From positions 1-34,918 of the forward strand of contig MU271655.1 in the NCBI GenBank assembly GCA_021432655.1: 34,918 nt of DNA, read 5' to 3'. Under the pieces are notes generated by a model. The model did no database searches. It saw nothing but the letters and a program-made list of their open reading frames with translations, and was not told the origin of the DNA. Positions 11,498 through 23,055 of the stretch are shown one piece after another. Origin of the DNA: Atractiella rhizophila. Lineage: Eukaryota. The position numbers were made by a program, and so were the translations under genes. Each line of letters begins with the position of its first letter. Within the stretch, counting starts at the first letter, position 1.

Positions 11498-12763
11498 ATG
11501 TCCACCACAACAGATTCAACATGGCTTGCTTCAGGACTAGCAGCTGCAGGCGCGTTACCTTCCTTCCCTGTGGATGTAATCTGACTGATCACTACAGCTC
11601 CTCCCGCTGGTGATAGCTCCCCTGAAGAGGAGGCGACGACCGATATTCGTCCAGCTGAAGACGGCGAGGGTGACACCAAAGACCTACTCCACCAAGAGCT
11701 CCATGCTGATGGCCAACCACGTCGACCCATGAATGCTTTTATGGTTCGTCTGTTCAACTACTCCTTATGATCCATTTTGACACACCATGATAGATTTTTG
11801 CACGACATCGACGACCTACCATCCAGAAACGAGAGCCCGGACTGAAGACGGGTGAGATTAGCAAACGTTTGAGCGCAGAATGGAAGAGTATGACGGATGT
11901 ACGTCCTCCCTCTCGATCTGATTCCTCAACTGATTGTTCAACAGACCGATAAACGCTTTTACCTCGAGCAAGCGAAGCGCCTCAAAGATAATTTCCACGA
12001 GAAGTATCCCGACTACGTCTACCGACGCAAAGCAGGCAAGCCTAAGAGGAAGAGGGGTGGAAGTCAAGGAGATCCTTCGAGCCCTGAAACCGGCAATGCC
12101 CCTGATGGCGATCTCTCTCCCGTCTTGGGTCCCAAGCATGATCAGCGATCCGATATGTCAAATCTCCTCCAACCGGCCTCTGGCTATCACAATCCCATCA
12201 CTTCCTACAATACGGGGGACGCTCTGCGGTCTGGACTCAACTCAGCACCGTACCGCTCTTACGCATACCCATATCCGTCCTGGTCATCAGGTGCTCCTAC
12301 CGCCTATGGCTCAGGTTACCGTCCGAACGCCTACTCGAGTTCGACGATGTCGCCGTTCTCCACCCAATCTACTACATCAGGATCCTCATTCCCATCCATG
12401 GAGTCGCACTCGCTCGGTGCAAGTCCAGCCAGTTCGACCTACCATGCTGGGTTCTCGACCTCGCCTTCAGTGGGATACGGCAGTGGTTCCCACCAAAACA
12501 CTTCAGGTTCCGGAGGATATAATACACAGCCTCCTACCACCACTGCCGCATATCCAACTTCTCAGTATTATCCAACTTATCCTTACGGCACCGGCACGGG
12601 CTCTTCGTATCCATCAAATTATCAACCATCTGCAGGTCCTCAGTCGTCGAACCAACCGCAATACAGGAGCTCTTACGGTTCGTCATCCAGCTTCTCATCC
12701 AACTATCCCCCTTCTCGTCAACCTGCAACGGACAAGAAAGAAAAAGAGACAAAACCGAATTGA
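11498..12763 (+). CDS. Sequence-specific HMG-box transcription factor (MATA_HMG/SOX-like class); exons 11498-11549, 11598-11743, 11794-11898, 11945-12763
   Basis: Spliced HMG box PRRPMNAFM-IFARHRRPTIQKREPGLKTGEISKRLSAEWKSMTD-TDKRFYLEQAKRLKDNFHEKYPDYVYRRK, then basic KPKRKR and an S/Y/G/P/Q-rich tail. Exon 1 depends on a predicted GC-AG intron. Confidence 0.9.
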
Positions 12764-13071
12764 GGTCGCTCTTCGAACCGAGCGACTTGTGGAAGTCTCA
12801 AATGCCATAGTATCAGTGCCTTTACTTATCCTCTACCCTTGTCTCGTCTCTTCAATCGTGCTTCGCTTTGCTTCCTTTGGGTATTAAGTGGTCAGTGGTT
12901 CATGTTCAATTTGCGTGTCAGTGCAAGTGGTAGCGCAGCTGTCTATCAAATTAAGTCATGTCTTCCGTCTCAGTTCTCAACAATGGCTTGTTGTATCGGT
13001 CTCAATGATTTGAAAATTATGCAGTACTGTGGAATGAATCTTAGGCGTACAAAATGGTTCCAAACTGCATT

Positions 13072-15283
13072 TCACGAGGGTAAAGGTATCGAAACCGTAA
13101 AGAAATCACGAGTAGTGATAGCCTCACCACCTCCCCATGCAACGCTCGCTTGTCTAGCAATTTCCTTTGAAATGTCGTCATCCTCCTCTTCGCTATCCAG
13201 TTTGTACCTCGGAGAAAGATGGTTCAACAGCAGCATTTTGGCGTCGATAGCTTTCGCCAGAGCACCAGCAACCTCTGGAGTCGAATGTCCGTGATCCTTA
13301 GCCTTCTTCCTGACCTCCTCCGCATTGGTATCGACGTCCAAACGGGGTATGTAGGCATTAGTGCACTCGTGCACGAGGACAGAACTGTCATGAGCGATAG
13401 ACACGATGTTGTTCGCATCGAACGTATCTCCCAAGATCGTCAGCTTGCGTCCAGGTCTATCTAGCGCAGGTGGTTGAAGCACGGTGCCGTCTGGGAGTTC
13501 TATCGGTATGCGATCCCTTTGAAGTTGACCTAGCAGGATGAGAGGGTTTTTGATCCCCTTCTGCTCCAACAAGGCAGTCCTGTTCCTCTCAAGTACAGGC
13601 TTGAGGGAGTCAATATCGAATTTTTGACGACGCGGTGCTTCTTTCACCACATATCCAACGCAAGGAACTAGCATTGCTATGTCAGCGGTAGTTGGCGAGA
13701 GGGGGAGGAAGAATCGATTACCACGGTGTAAAATTGTGCCAGCATCAACGGACAAAGTCTCATCGATACAAATGTCACGCCAAATCCGTCCATCAGGATC
13801 GGAACACTCGATATTCTCTCCTCTGACCTCATTATACACCAGGCTATCAGGATGACCCAGCGCCTCCAGTTCACCCGCTCGAAAGTTCTTGTGTCGAACA
13901 TGCCTCGAATGTAGCTCATTCACCTGGAATCGACATTCCGGAAAATTCCAAGTGAGGCGGAAAGTGAGTCGAAGAAGCGCTCGTAAGCCTGGAAGACCGT
14001 ATATTTGCACAGTTGGGACTTCCCCATCAGCGTTCTCGGGTTTTGGAATCGAGAGGAGGAGCGGTGCCTTCATATGAAAGCCTGAGCTTGAATGAACTTC
14101 GAGAACCTAGCTGGAGGGGACTTACCAGTCCTAAGACGTGATCACCTGGACGTTATTGTCAGCAAATGATGGCGAGCTTTCATACAGGAGCTCTGGAGGA
14201 AAAGAGACGTGCTCTTCACATTTCTAACCTGATACGGAATTATTTCCAGTTCAAAGGGAGAGAGCACAAGACATTGATAAGGATTCCAATCCTTCAAATA
14301 GATTTCTTAACCCGTCTGTTGAGCGAATGGCGAGAGAGAACAGAGAAATAGCAGATTCAAAGGAAGCATAGAAAGCGTGTTTCCTCTGATCGAGGTTAAT
14401 AAACTATTACTTCCTGCTCAAGATGGACAAAGAGTGTTTCTTTCTCCTTTAAGACCCCTCAATAGTTTTATTTTTTCCCTCAAGATAAAGAAAGAGCGCT
14501 TCTGTCCCTTTCAAGTGAACAACGATGGCACTTCTATGGCCAAAGCAGGATGGGAATCAATTGTAACTGGAGCTAAGTGGAATGCAGACACAGCTGGAAA
14601 GGAGCGATAAGAATGTTCGATGCTCTCTCGCATGGCACACTTGGGCATTGGTATTTTTTTATCCTCACTGTTTCCACTTTTGCTGTTTTCGTGCTGAGAT
14701 TGATCTCGATGGTGCAAGTCTCGTTGTGAGATAATGCAGCGCAGGTGCATACATCCCGTTTTAATTTCGAAGCGGAAATGTGTGCACTAACAATCCCAAA
14801 GAAGGCACATCGAAGGGGAGCAAGTAGGTTCCCTCAAATGGCCACGCATTGAAACAGAACATTCCTCACTCCTTCAGACCATCCGACTTCAATACAGCAA
14901 AAGGAAAAGGACTAACCATGCAAATGACTAACAAACACCTTCCTCACCGCTCCCAGCCTAACCTGAGCCTCCCCTCTGCTCCTCATAAACTGCCTCTGAC
15001 TCCCCTCCCCAACATCGAACACCCAAGCCTTCCCAGCGGCCTTCATCACCAAACACGACACATTCCTCTGCACAGAAGGTTTTCCCGCCGAGGTTCCTAG
15101 GAAGGAGAGGGTGAGGGAGTCTATCGGTTGCGCTTCCTTCTCTTTCTTCGATCTGGATTTGCTAGCGCTCGAGGTCGTGGCTGCTGTCGTGGTAGAGGTG
15201 TTTGGGGAGGCAGGGAGCAGACGCGTCCTCTTTTGGGGGGATAGAGATGGTGGAGAGGGCCGTTTGGTGGGCTGTGACGACAT
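13072..15283 (-). CDS. Short-form RNase Z (tRNase ZS, ELAC1-type metallo-beta-lactamase); exons 15283-14917, 14145-14126, 14067-13722, 13667-13072
   Basis: FLGTSAGKPSVQRNVS (PxKxRN-like loop), WVFDVGEG (motif I), SHLHG-DHVLGL (motif II across the splice), HRVPCVGY (motif III after intron removal), IELPDG flexible arm, GRKLTILGDT (IV), HECT, HST, LNHLSPRY (V). The start Met (MSSQPTKRP) is uncertain. Confidence 0.92.
14146..14916 (-). other. Long first intron (771 nt) of the RNase Z gene, splitting the HxHxDH motif
   Basis: Donor GTTAGT at 14916, acceptor TCCAG ending at 14146; the join CAT G|GT GAT CAC reads H-G-D-H. Confidence 0.88.
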
Positions 15284-15420
15284 TTTCATAAAATCTTTGA
15301 GGGGAATCGCCTTTCGAAGGCAGAGTGTAAGACGCATCGAGGACTTCTGCTCCACCTCACGTGATCACACAAATTGCACAAGACGCGTCAAAATCGTCAG
15401 GAACTCTTTTTGAAGGAAGG
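15284..15420. promoter_or_regulatory. Compact bidirectional promoter (137 nt) shared by RNase Z and TFB4
   Basis: Divergent ATGs at 15283 and 15421; palindromes TCACGTGA (15357-15364) and ACGCGT (15383-15388). Confidence 0.65.
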
Positions 15421-17406
15421 ATGGCATCAGACTCACCCTCCCATCTGACCATCATCGTACGTGTACACTTCTTATCCTATGGTTACTGCTAACCAGAAAG
15501 ATCCAAAGCTAGACCTCCACCCGCCGTCCTGGTCGCTCTCCCCACTCACCCTCCCACTCGCCCTCCGCTCCCTCCTTGCATTCTCCAACGCCCACCTCTC
15601 CCTCCACCACACCAACTCACTCTCCTTCTACGGCGCCACTTCTCGCTCATCCGACCTGCTCTACTCCACTGCCGTTGGTGTGCATGTGAAGCCAGTGGAT
15701 GTGGTTGAGGAGGATAGGATGGATGTAGACGGAGAGGTGGTTGTGGATAATGAGGAGGGTGAAGATGAGGGAAATGAATATCGCCCTTTCAAGGTGATGG
15801 ATAAGGCGGTATCGAAAGCAGTCGCACGGTTGATGAGAGAAATGGAACTGCCAGAGGAGGGAGACCCTTGTACGTCTCCTTTTCATAATTCCATGCTGTA
15901 TTTGTTCCATTCTCCTATACAGAATGTTGCCATCACATCGTGAAGGTGCTCTATGGTTCCTCTTATGACCAACCGTTCCTCCAATGTCGTGTCGTGTTCC
16001 ATATTAAGAATCAGAGTTTAGATATTCCTACGCGAACTATGTCTAAACTGCTCCTCACAAAAGTTTCTCAATTTTCTGATTGCTGCTTGATTCTCTCCCT
16101 TTACGGCGACGACTTAATATTCTTCTTGCAATCTCACTTGACCGCTGACTTCAGAAGTGCCCACTGTCGATTTTCAAGAGTAGACAGTGTTTGGTTGTCT
16201 AGTAGTAGTGAAGAGTTAGGATCAAGAAGTGCTATCTAGAATACCAAAATCAACTCATCTCCAACTCCTTCATTTTTAACTCCTATTCCTTCTTTCCCTA
16301 CTTCTTGATAAAAACCAACATCCTAATGGCGTCGGCGTGACACCTCATGATATGATGACTGCGCCAATTATTTCTGTGCTCATCTACAAATGCGACACGG
16401 AAATAAAAGAAGCTACGAACTACAGACTTCAGAAAACATGCCTCCACTTCGCGCGTGGAAGGACACTGACTGACAATCCCTTCTCTTCTTTCCGGGAGCA
16501 GTGAAGCCCATTGACCTAGTCGGCGCACTCGGAAAAGCGTTATGTCACCACAACCGGCTCTCCTCCACCAACAGTGCCTCTTCATCTGCCGCTCGACGGA
16601 CAGACGAGAATGGGAACGGGAATGGGACGGCTGCCGGAGCTGGAGGCGGCGCGGGAGTGAGTGCTGGAGGTGGAGGAGGAGGGGGAAACAGTGGACGGAT
16701 CCTCATTGTTTCGTGTTCGCCGGATAGAGTACTTTGTAGGGATTATACGAGGTTTATGGCTTGTATTTTTAGCGCGCAGAAGTCGGTACGTTTCTTACAT
16801 GTCTCTTATCCCATCCACTTTCTGAATGATATTGGGGTGTGGTGGTAGGGAATATTGATCGATTCCCTCCTCCTCTCCGCAAACATGGAAGATTCAACCT
16901 ACCTCCAACAATCGTCTCACCTCACAGGAGGAGCTTACAACCTCCTCTCTTCACCAGAAGGATTGCTACAATACCTACTAGTCAGTATCCGCTGTTCTGT
17001 TGGTGTTGGAAACAGAGGCTGAAGCTCGGACAGATGATCGCCCTCCCGCCAACTCACCTCCGCTCTTCCCTCAACCTCCCAGCCCAAGATTCAGTCGACC
17101 TTCGACCTACATGCTTCTGTCACCCTGGCCGAAAAGTGGAAGTGGGGTACGTGTGCAGCGTCTGTCTATCCAGTGCGTATCCGTTCCACATAGTACTTGC
17201 TACATGGTGAGCTTAACTCGTTGGGTTGAATTGATGGAGCAGTTTTCTGCTCACCTAAACCGGTATGCGCGACTTGTAAGACAAAGTTCCCGCTGTCGAC
17301 ACTGGAGAGGTTCGGGTTCAAGTTACCAAAGCCACCGGCGAAGAGGGGGGGAAAGGCAGGCGCGGTGTCAAGGAGCGCGAGTGGGACGCCAGCGCCTAGG
17401 GCTTGA
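15421..17406 (+). CDS. TFB4: TFIIH subunit Tfb4/p34 (GTF2H3)
   Basis: vWA-like start SHLTII-LDLHP..W, LLAFSNAHL, LVGALGKALCHHNR, RILIVSCSPD...YTRFMACIFSAQK, and C-terminal zinc motif DLRPTCFCH...[26 protein letters not shown]; stop TGA at 17404-17406. Confidence 0.95.
15870..16501 (+). other. Long second intron (632 nt) of TFB4
   Basis: GTACGT donor at 15870, CTGAC branch near 16466-16474, pyrimidine tract, GCAG acceptor ending at 16501; the phase-1 join gives EGDP-LKPIDLVGALGKALC. Confidence 0.88.
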
Positions 17407-18396
17407 CTGGATTTTGACTGTCAGCCTCATTGGGGTGAGAGGTGGGAGGTGTAAACGAAAGGGAATGTCAGTGTTAATAGCTTTGTAGCGTTACCCCGTT
17501 CTCATATTATGCACGTTTGCTGGGTGGAACATCCAAATGGTCATTGAGCCTGACCCGTGTAGTGCACTGACATAACCAGATGCAACTTGAATTCAAAGTC
17601 TGATGGTGGGAAGGGTCTGATGACTCACAAGGACTAAATTTTTTCAAAAGCTAAGGAAACGACGAAGTCAGGAACCACATCTTTTGATGACAATGGAATG
17701 GACGCTTGTGAAGAACAGAATGGGACATAGCAGTAATAGACGGATAGAATTTGAAAGAGGCCAAGCTGTAGAACTAGTAGTGGGGCCCTGTCAGGTAAGT
17801 CAAGTTGTCGCTCTAGGACGACACGAAGGAAACGGAGCCTCACGTTCTTTGGAGGCTTTCTGGGCGGTTTTGAGGGGTGCTTCTCACGACAGAAATGTCT
17901 GAAAGTGATACCTGTTAATCAGAGAAGAACAAAAGTCAGGCCTGCGATAATAATTAGTCGGTGGTCTCCTCTGTTCCAGAGAGCATCGATCAGTCGTCTA
18001 TCGCCATATCGAGTTTATCCTTGGTACGACCTACGGAAGCATCCTACTTCCCTTGGTCTCATGTTGGATATCACATCTCCAACACCATCTCATGACAACT
18101 CGATGATTTTCCAGGATGTATGTACCGATACTTGGACCGACAATCCGTGATGACAACCGACAGATCTGCAACATAAAGATCAAAGCGAATCGTCTACTTC
18201 AACAAACGTCAGAAGAAAGGGAAAGAGGCTCCTCATACCTGTTCTCTTCCTAACGCATGGCTGCGACAGACGTCTAATTTGTCAACAATGCACCGAAGCC
18301 GAATTGGATGCAGACAGAGATGACAGTGGTAAGACATGAGATGATGCCGTATTAATACATTTCGAATTTGCAATAATTAATGATGCTCTCGCTAAA

Positions 18397-21300
18397 TCAC
18401 AACCTGCTCTCCCTGTCCCTCCTTCTGCGCTCCTTATCCTCCCACACTACCTTTCCTTTGCTCCCCAACTTTCCACCAAAGACGATATCGAGCACTTCCT
18501 CGACCTTCTTCACATAGATCAACTCCACCTCACCCCTAACTTTCTCCGCCACCTCCGATTCCACTTCCCTCTTGTTCCCGAACGGGCAGATTACTTTCTT
18601 CACTCCGGCACGGTGTGCAGCCAGAATCTTCTCTTTCAGGCCACCAACGGGTGTAACAGTCCCGCGGAGCGTGATTTCTCCCGTCCTGCCATCAGAATTA
18701 GTTCATCACTCTAATTTGAGAGTGAGTGACATACATTGCGATATCTGAGGGGACTTGGCGCCTTGTCAGGAGAGAGACAAGGGCCGTGACCATGGCAATT
18801 CCTGCGACACAACAAGAATATTCAGTGACGTGCTCTGATAGGCAGATCTGCACAGACCTGCTGAGGGACCATCTTTAGGAATGGCGCCAGATGGCAGGTG
18901 AAGATGAATGTCAAGGTTCTTCATCACGTCTTCATCTTCTTTCTCAGAGATACCGAGATTCCAACTATTAGCTCGCACCCAGGAATGAGCGATTTGCGCG
19001 CTTTCCTTTATGACATCGCCTGTATCACATTCATCACATTTCAGTCACGCAGTGTTGGTGCCAAAAAGGATGTGTCAACCTACCCAACGATCCTGTGAGC
19101 TTCAGGTTACCACTCCCAGGCATACCGCGACATTCGACAATGAGGAGGCCTCCATTACCACTCCCCATATAAGCCAGACCGTTGACAACCCCGACTTCTC
19201 TTTCTCTCTCTTTGACCTCCTCTTCCCATCGTCCCGGGCCAAGAATACGTTCCAAATCTTCCTTCGTCACGACAGGATCGTATGTCTTTTGGCTACCGCT
19301 CTCCATCGCCTCGCTCCATTCCACAGTCTTCGCCCGCACAACGCTCCCAATCTCTCGCTCAAGGTTCCTAACACCAGCTTCTCGTGTGTAATGTGCAATG
19401 AGGTGAAGAAGCGTGTCGTCGGAGATGGAAAGGTGGGAGGAAGATAGGACGTTCGCGGATAGTTGTTTTGGGAGAAGGTACCGCTTGGCAATCTCGAGCT
19501 TCTCGTCGTAGACGTAGCCTGATATTTGAATCGTCTCCATTCGATCCAGTAAAGGAGGAGAGATCGTCTCAAGAGTGTTAGCAGTAGCGATGAAAAGAAC
19601 CCTAGAAAGATCCACGGGCGTGTTGATACTGTCATATCAGTCAAATAAAAGTTTGGAAGGAGCAGCGAGATGACAAACTAATGGTCGTTGAACTGATAGT
19701 TTTGCTCAGGATCAAGAACTTCAAGCATAGCAGCACTGGGGTCTCCATGATGATTGTTCATTCCGATCTTATCGATTTCATCCAAGAGGATGACAGGGTT
19801 GTTGACTCCTACCTTTTTGAGTGCTTGAACAATAAGACCGGGCCTATGGGGCATGTTAACGCTCCTAAGGCAAATGTGAGAGAAATTGCGCACATGGCAG
19901 CTACGTATGTCCTGCGATGACCACGAATCTCAGCTTCGTCCCTCACACCTCCGAGTGATATCCTAGTAAACTTCCGTCCCATACTGTCCGCCAAACTCTT
20001 CGCGATGCTCGTCTTGCCTACACCAGGGGGACCAACTAGACAGAGGATAGGACCTTTATCTCTTGGACGTGGCGGAGCATTCTCAACCTTGATTTCTTCG
20101 CCTTCGTTCGCCTCGGATCCCTCCACAGGAGGTTCAATGAGCTTGCCTTCTTTCCCCTCCTCGGCAACTTCTGCCCGCTTCTTCTCCGCTAAACGCTCCC
20201 TTTCGGTACGTCCATCCTCGTCCATTCGAAGCTTGAGGACGGCGAGCCATTCTAAGAGTCGCTTTTTGACTTTCTCCAGCCCATAGTGGTCCGCTTCGAG
20301 TTTCTCCCTCGCTTGTGCGATGAACTCCTTCGAAAGGTTCGTCTCTATATTCGCCAACGACATTTCAGCGTGACACATCCATAAAAAGCAATGGTATTCA
20401 CGCACTTGTCTCTTTGGCCCATGGGAGATCCGCCAACCATTCGAGATATGTGCGCACAACCCCATGCTCCACCGACTGGGGAGCGATCTTCTGCAACCTC
20501 TTGAGCTCGCGCATGGCCATAACGTATGCTTCTGCGTTGGCGAGCTTGATGTCCTCCAGCTTCCTCTTCAAGCCAGCAAGATCGTCTTCTTCCTCACGTT
20601 CTGGAGTGTGTCCCAGTCCAGAACCGAAGGCGAGAGGTTTCCCAGATTTGCGGTCTTTGTTCTCCATCTATCACAATCATATATTGATCTCAATTCAGGG
20701 CAAGATAGGGAGGGATATACCTCATCTAGTTCACGTCGGATCTGCGCCATCTGGTTCCTGAGCACCCACTCCCGCCTCCTCCTCTCCACCTCCCCTTTCT
20801 TCTTCCCTTCTTGTCTTGCTTCCTCCACAGCTTCCTCTACCCCTTGCAACATCTCTAACACAAGTCTCACCCTCGCCTCCTCATCCACCGTACTAAGCAC
20901 TTCAACCTTCTCCTTCATCCCCAAGAAACCATTTGGCACCACGCTGATAATCACATCCGCCAAAGCCCCGGCAGTTTCCTTCCTTACCTTGGCGGTGAAG
21001 GACCGAACGCGAGAGATGATGAGAGCTGAGATGAGTGGTGGCTCCGTTGCAAGAGCGTTGAGAGTTTTGCGGACTGCCTCTGAAAGAGGAGTGAGAAGCT
21101 CGGTATTGGGTAGCGCCGATGGAGGTACGACTGTGACTTCAGCCGCCAGGTGTTCCCCACCTGAAGGCACATATCGCTCGATCCGTACCCTCCTCACACC
21201 CTCCAGGACAGCGACAACCCCTTCGCCACCTCCAAGTCGCTCGACGCGTATGATCCTTGCCGCACATCCCCAGTCACATAGATCCTCAGGCGTGACGTTG

Positions 21301-21530
21301 GCACGTTCCTCCTCACCCTCGTTGCCTTCAACAGTGCTGGACAAAGATGGTAGAAGGGGAACGCAAGCGATTAGAGGATACCGCGTCACGTCCAGGTCAC
21401 GGAGGGCTGTAGTAAGCACAGCACTGTGAATGCGGATTCGGAGAGAAATGACGAGCGAAGGGAAAAGTATGGATGATGTTGGTAAAGGTAGGATAGGAAG
21501 CACGGGCGGTATGCGTGGAATCAAGGACAT
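18397..21530 (-). CDS. Peroxisomal Lon protease (LONP2/Pln-type), multi-exon
   Basis: LON N-domain, [11 protein letters not shown], Walker [29 protein letters not shown], Walker [18 protein letters not shown], catalytic PKDGPSAG and GGLKEK dyad; the C-terminus RESRL* is a PTS1 signal. Confidence 0.95.
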
Positions 21531-23055
21531 CTGCTAAACAGGATCAGGTATTAGTTGCTGCTCGGGTAATCTTTCACATAATCAATATATGTGCCAAGTC
21601 ATAGGGTATCAGTGGCCCTCATGGCATAACGCCGCGTTTGGTCATTGAGACTCTCTGAAGCGAAATTGTGTGCGACTTTCATCAACATCTAGGCCACGGA
21701 AAGGCGACGTGCGCAAACTAACTACGCTACCTAAAGCTGCCTTTGCCGAAGGGTTGTCAACACGGCCTCGTCCTGCAAATGAAAGTGCTGGTGCACCTGA
21801 ATTGAGCAACACCCAGCGCATCCCTCTGGAAGAAGAGCTGCTGGGGCTCAAGAGCTCTTCACATTCCAGGCTTCACCACAACGAGGGACTCCCAAGATTT
21901 ACGCAAATACGAGCAGGTACTCACAATGCTGGATGATTGTCAGGGAAGGTCCACTCTTGACTTTGTACCGCCAAAGGTAACGATATGGGATTTGTTGTCA
22001 GCGTGCAGATATAGGATTCCTCGTAACAGAATATTCAAGTCTAACACCACTCGCCTTTGCTTACTGATAACTTGCCTGAAATGTTGATAGGACGTGCAAT
22101 TGTTGGAGGTCGTTTGTAACCTCCTGGTCCGGCTATGTCAAGCGTCTGGTTCCGCTTCAGCCAGGAGACAAATCAGGGCAACCTCCACCGAACCACGTAG
22201 AGAGCGGCAGGTTTGTTCTAGGGTCTGTTCAGGCAGCTTCAGGCATCACCCGAAGACGGTTAACAAGCATATCCAGTGCAAAGTCTGTGGAAAAGTCTGA
22301 GCAATCCCAGAGTCGGACTGTCTCAAATATGGCGTTATGCAATACACTACTCAACGTAATGAACACAGCTCTTGCTGAGTTACTTCTAAGCTTCTTGCTT
22401 GCTGTAGGCTTGTGCAAGCATAGTCTTGAACACATTACTATTAAGACACAATGTCCATGCAATGCAGAAGGGCTGAAAAAAAGAACTCTTATGCCCAACA
22501 GGTTGCTAGATTCGATCCGTCAAGTGCCAAAGTTGACAATAGTGCTTCTGAACGTGGAAAAGCAATGGAGGGGATATGGAATAGATGGCCCAGTCAGGTG
22601 ATATAATAGGTGCACGCCTGCAACGTCAGAATCGCCTCGACGCGGATCGCGGCAACTTCCGAACTGCTTATTACTATAATATCCATCATGAGCTTGACTA
22701 CATCGTTGCAGCAGGAGTTACTTTTTCATTTGGGCGTCCCGAAATGCGGCATGCGTTCACATTGACATAGGGATTGGCGTGACGCGAAATGCGAGAACCT
22801 GTCCACAAAACCTCTTCGGGCTGCAGAAGCGCTCACCGTCTAACCGTGTAACCGCAAAACAAGTGTAACCATCAGTGCGACACCACCTCTCAGCAGTTCA
22901 TACTTCTTATTTCTAAGCCCAAACAAATCGTGCACCACTTCCCGCAACTTCCCGTGTTGTCGCAACATCAATTGTCGGAACCGGCGGAACGAGAATCTTT
23001 CTCTCAACCACCACTTCGAGCATTGCGTGCACCACTTTCTTCCTATTTCTTTGCT

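Noticed and set aside
11498..12763. HMG gene as a mating-type locus
   Set aside because: No pheromone receptor, CAAX-ending pheromone precursor or homeodomain genes were seen; the neighbours are housekeeping genes.
11934..12887. 317-aa ORF in the +1 frame over the last HMG exon
   Set aside because: No plausible start or splice entry; alternative frames often stay open over low-complexity coding sequence.
16352..16473. Box C (ATGATGA) and box D (CTGA) pair in the TFB4 intron as a snoRNA
   Set aside because: The CTGA coincides with the branch point, there is no terminal stem, and I recognise no rRNA-complementary guide.
20464..21429. 321-aa plus-strand ORF
   Set aside because: Antisense shadow of Lon exons 1-2; Ser/Thr-rich, no motifs, explained by the compositional skew.
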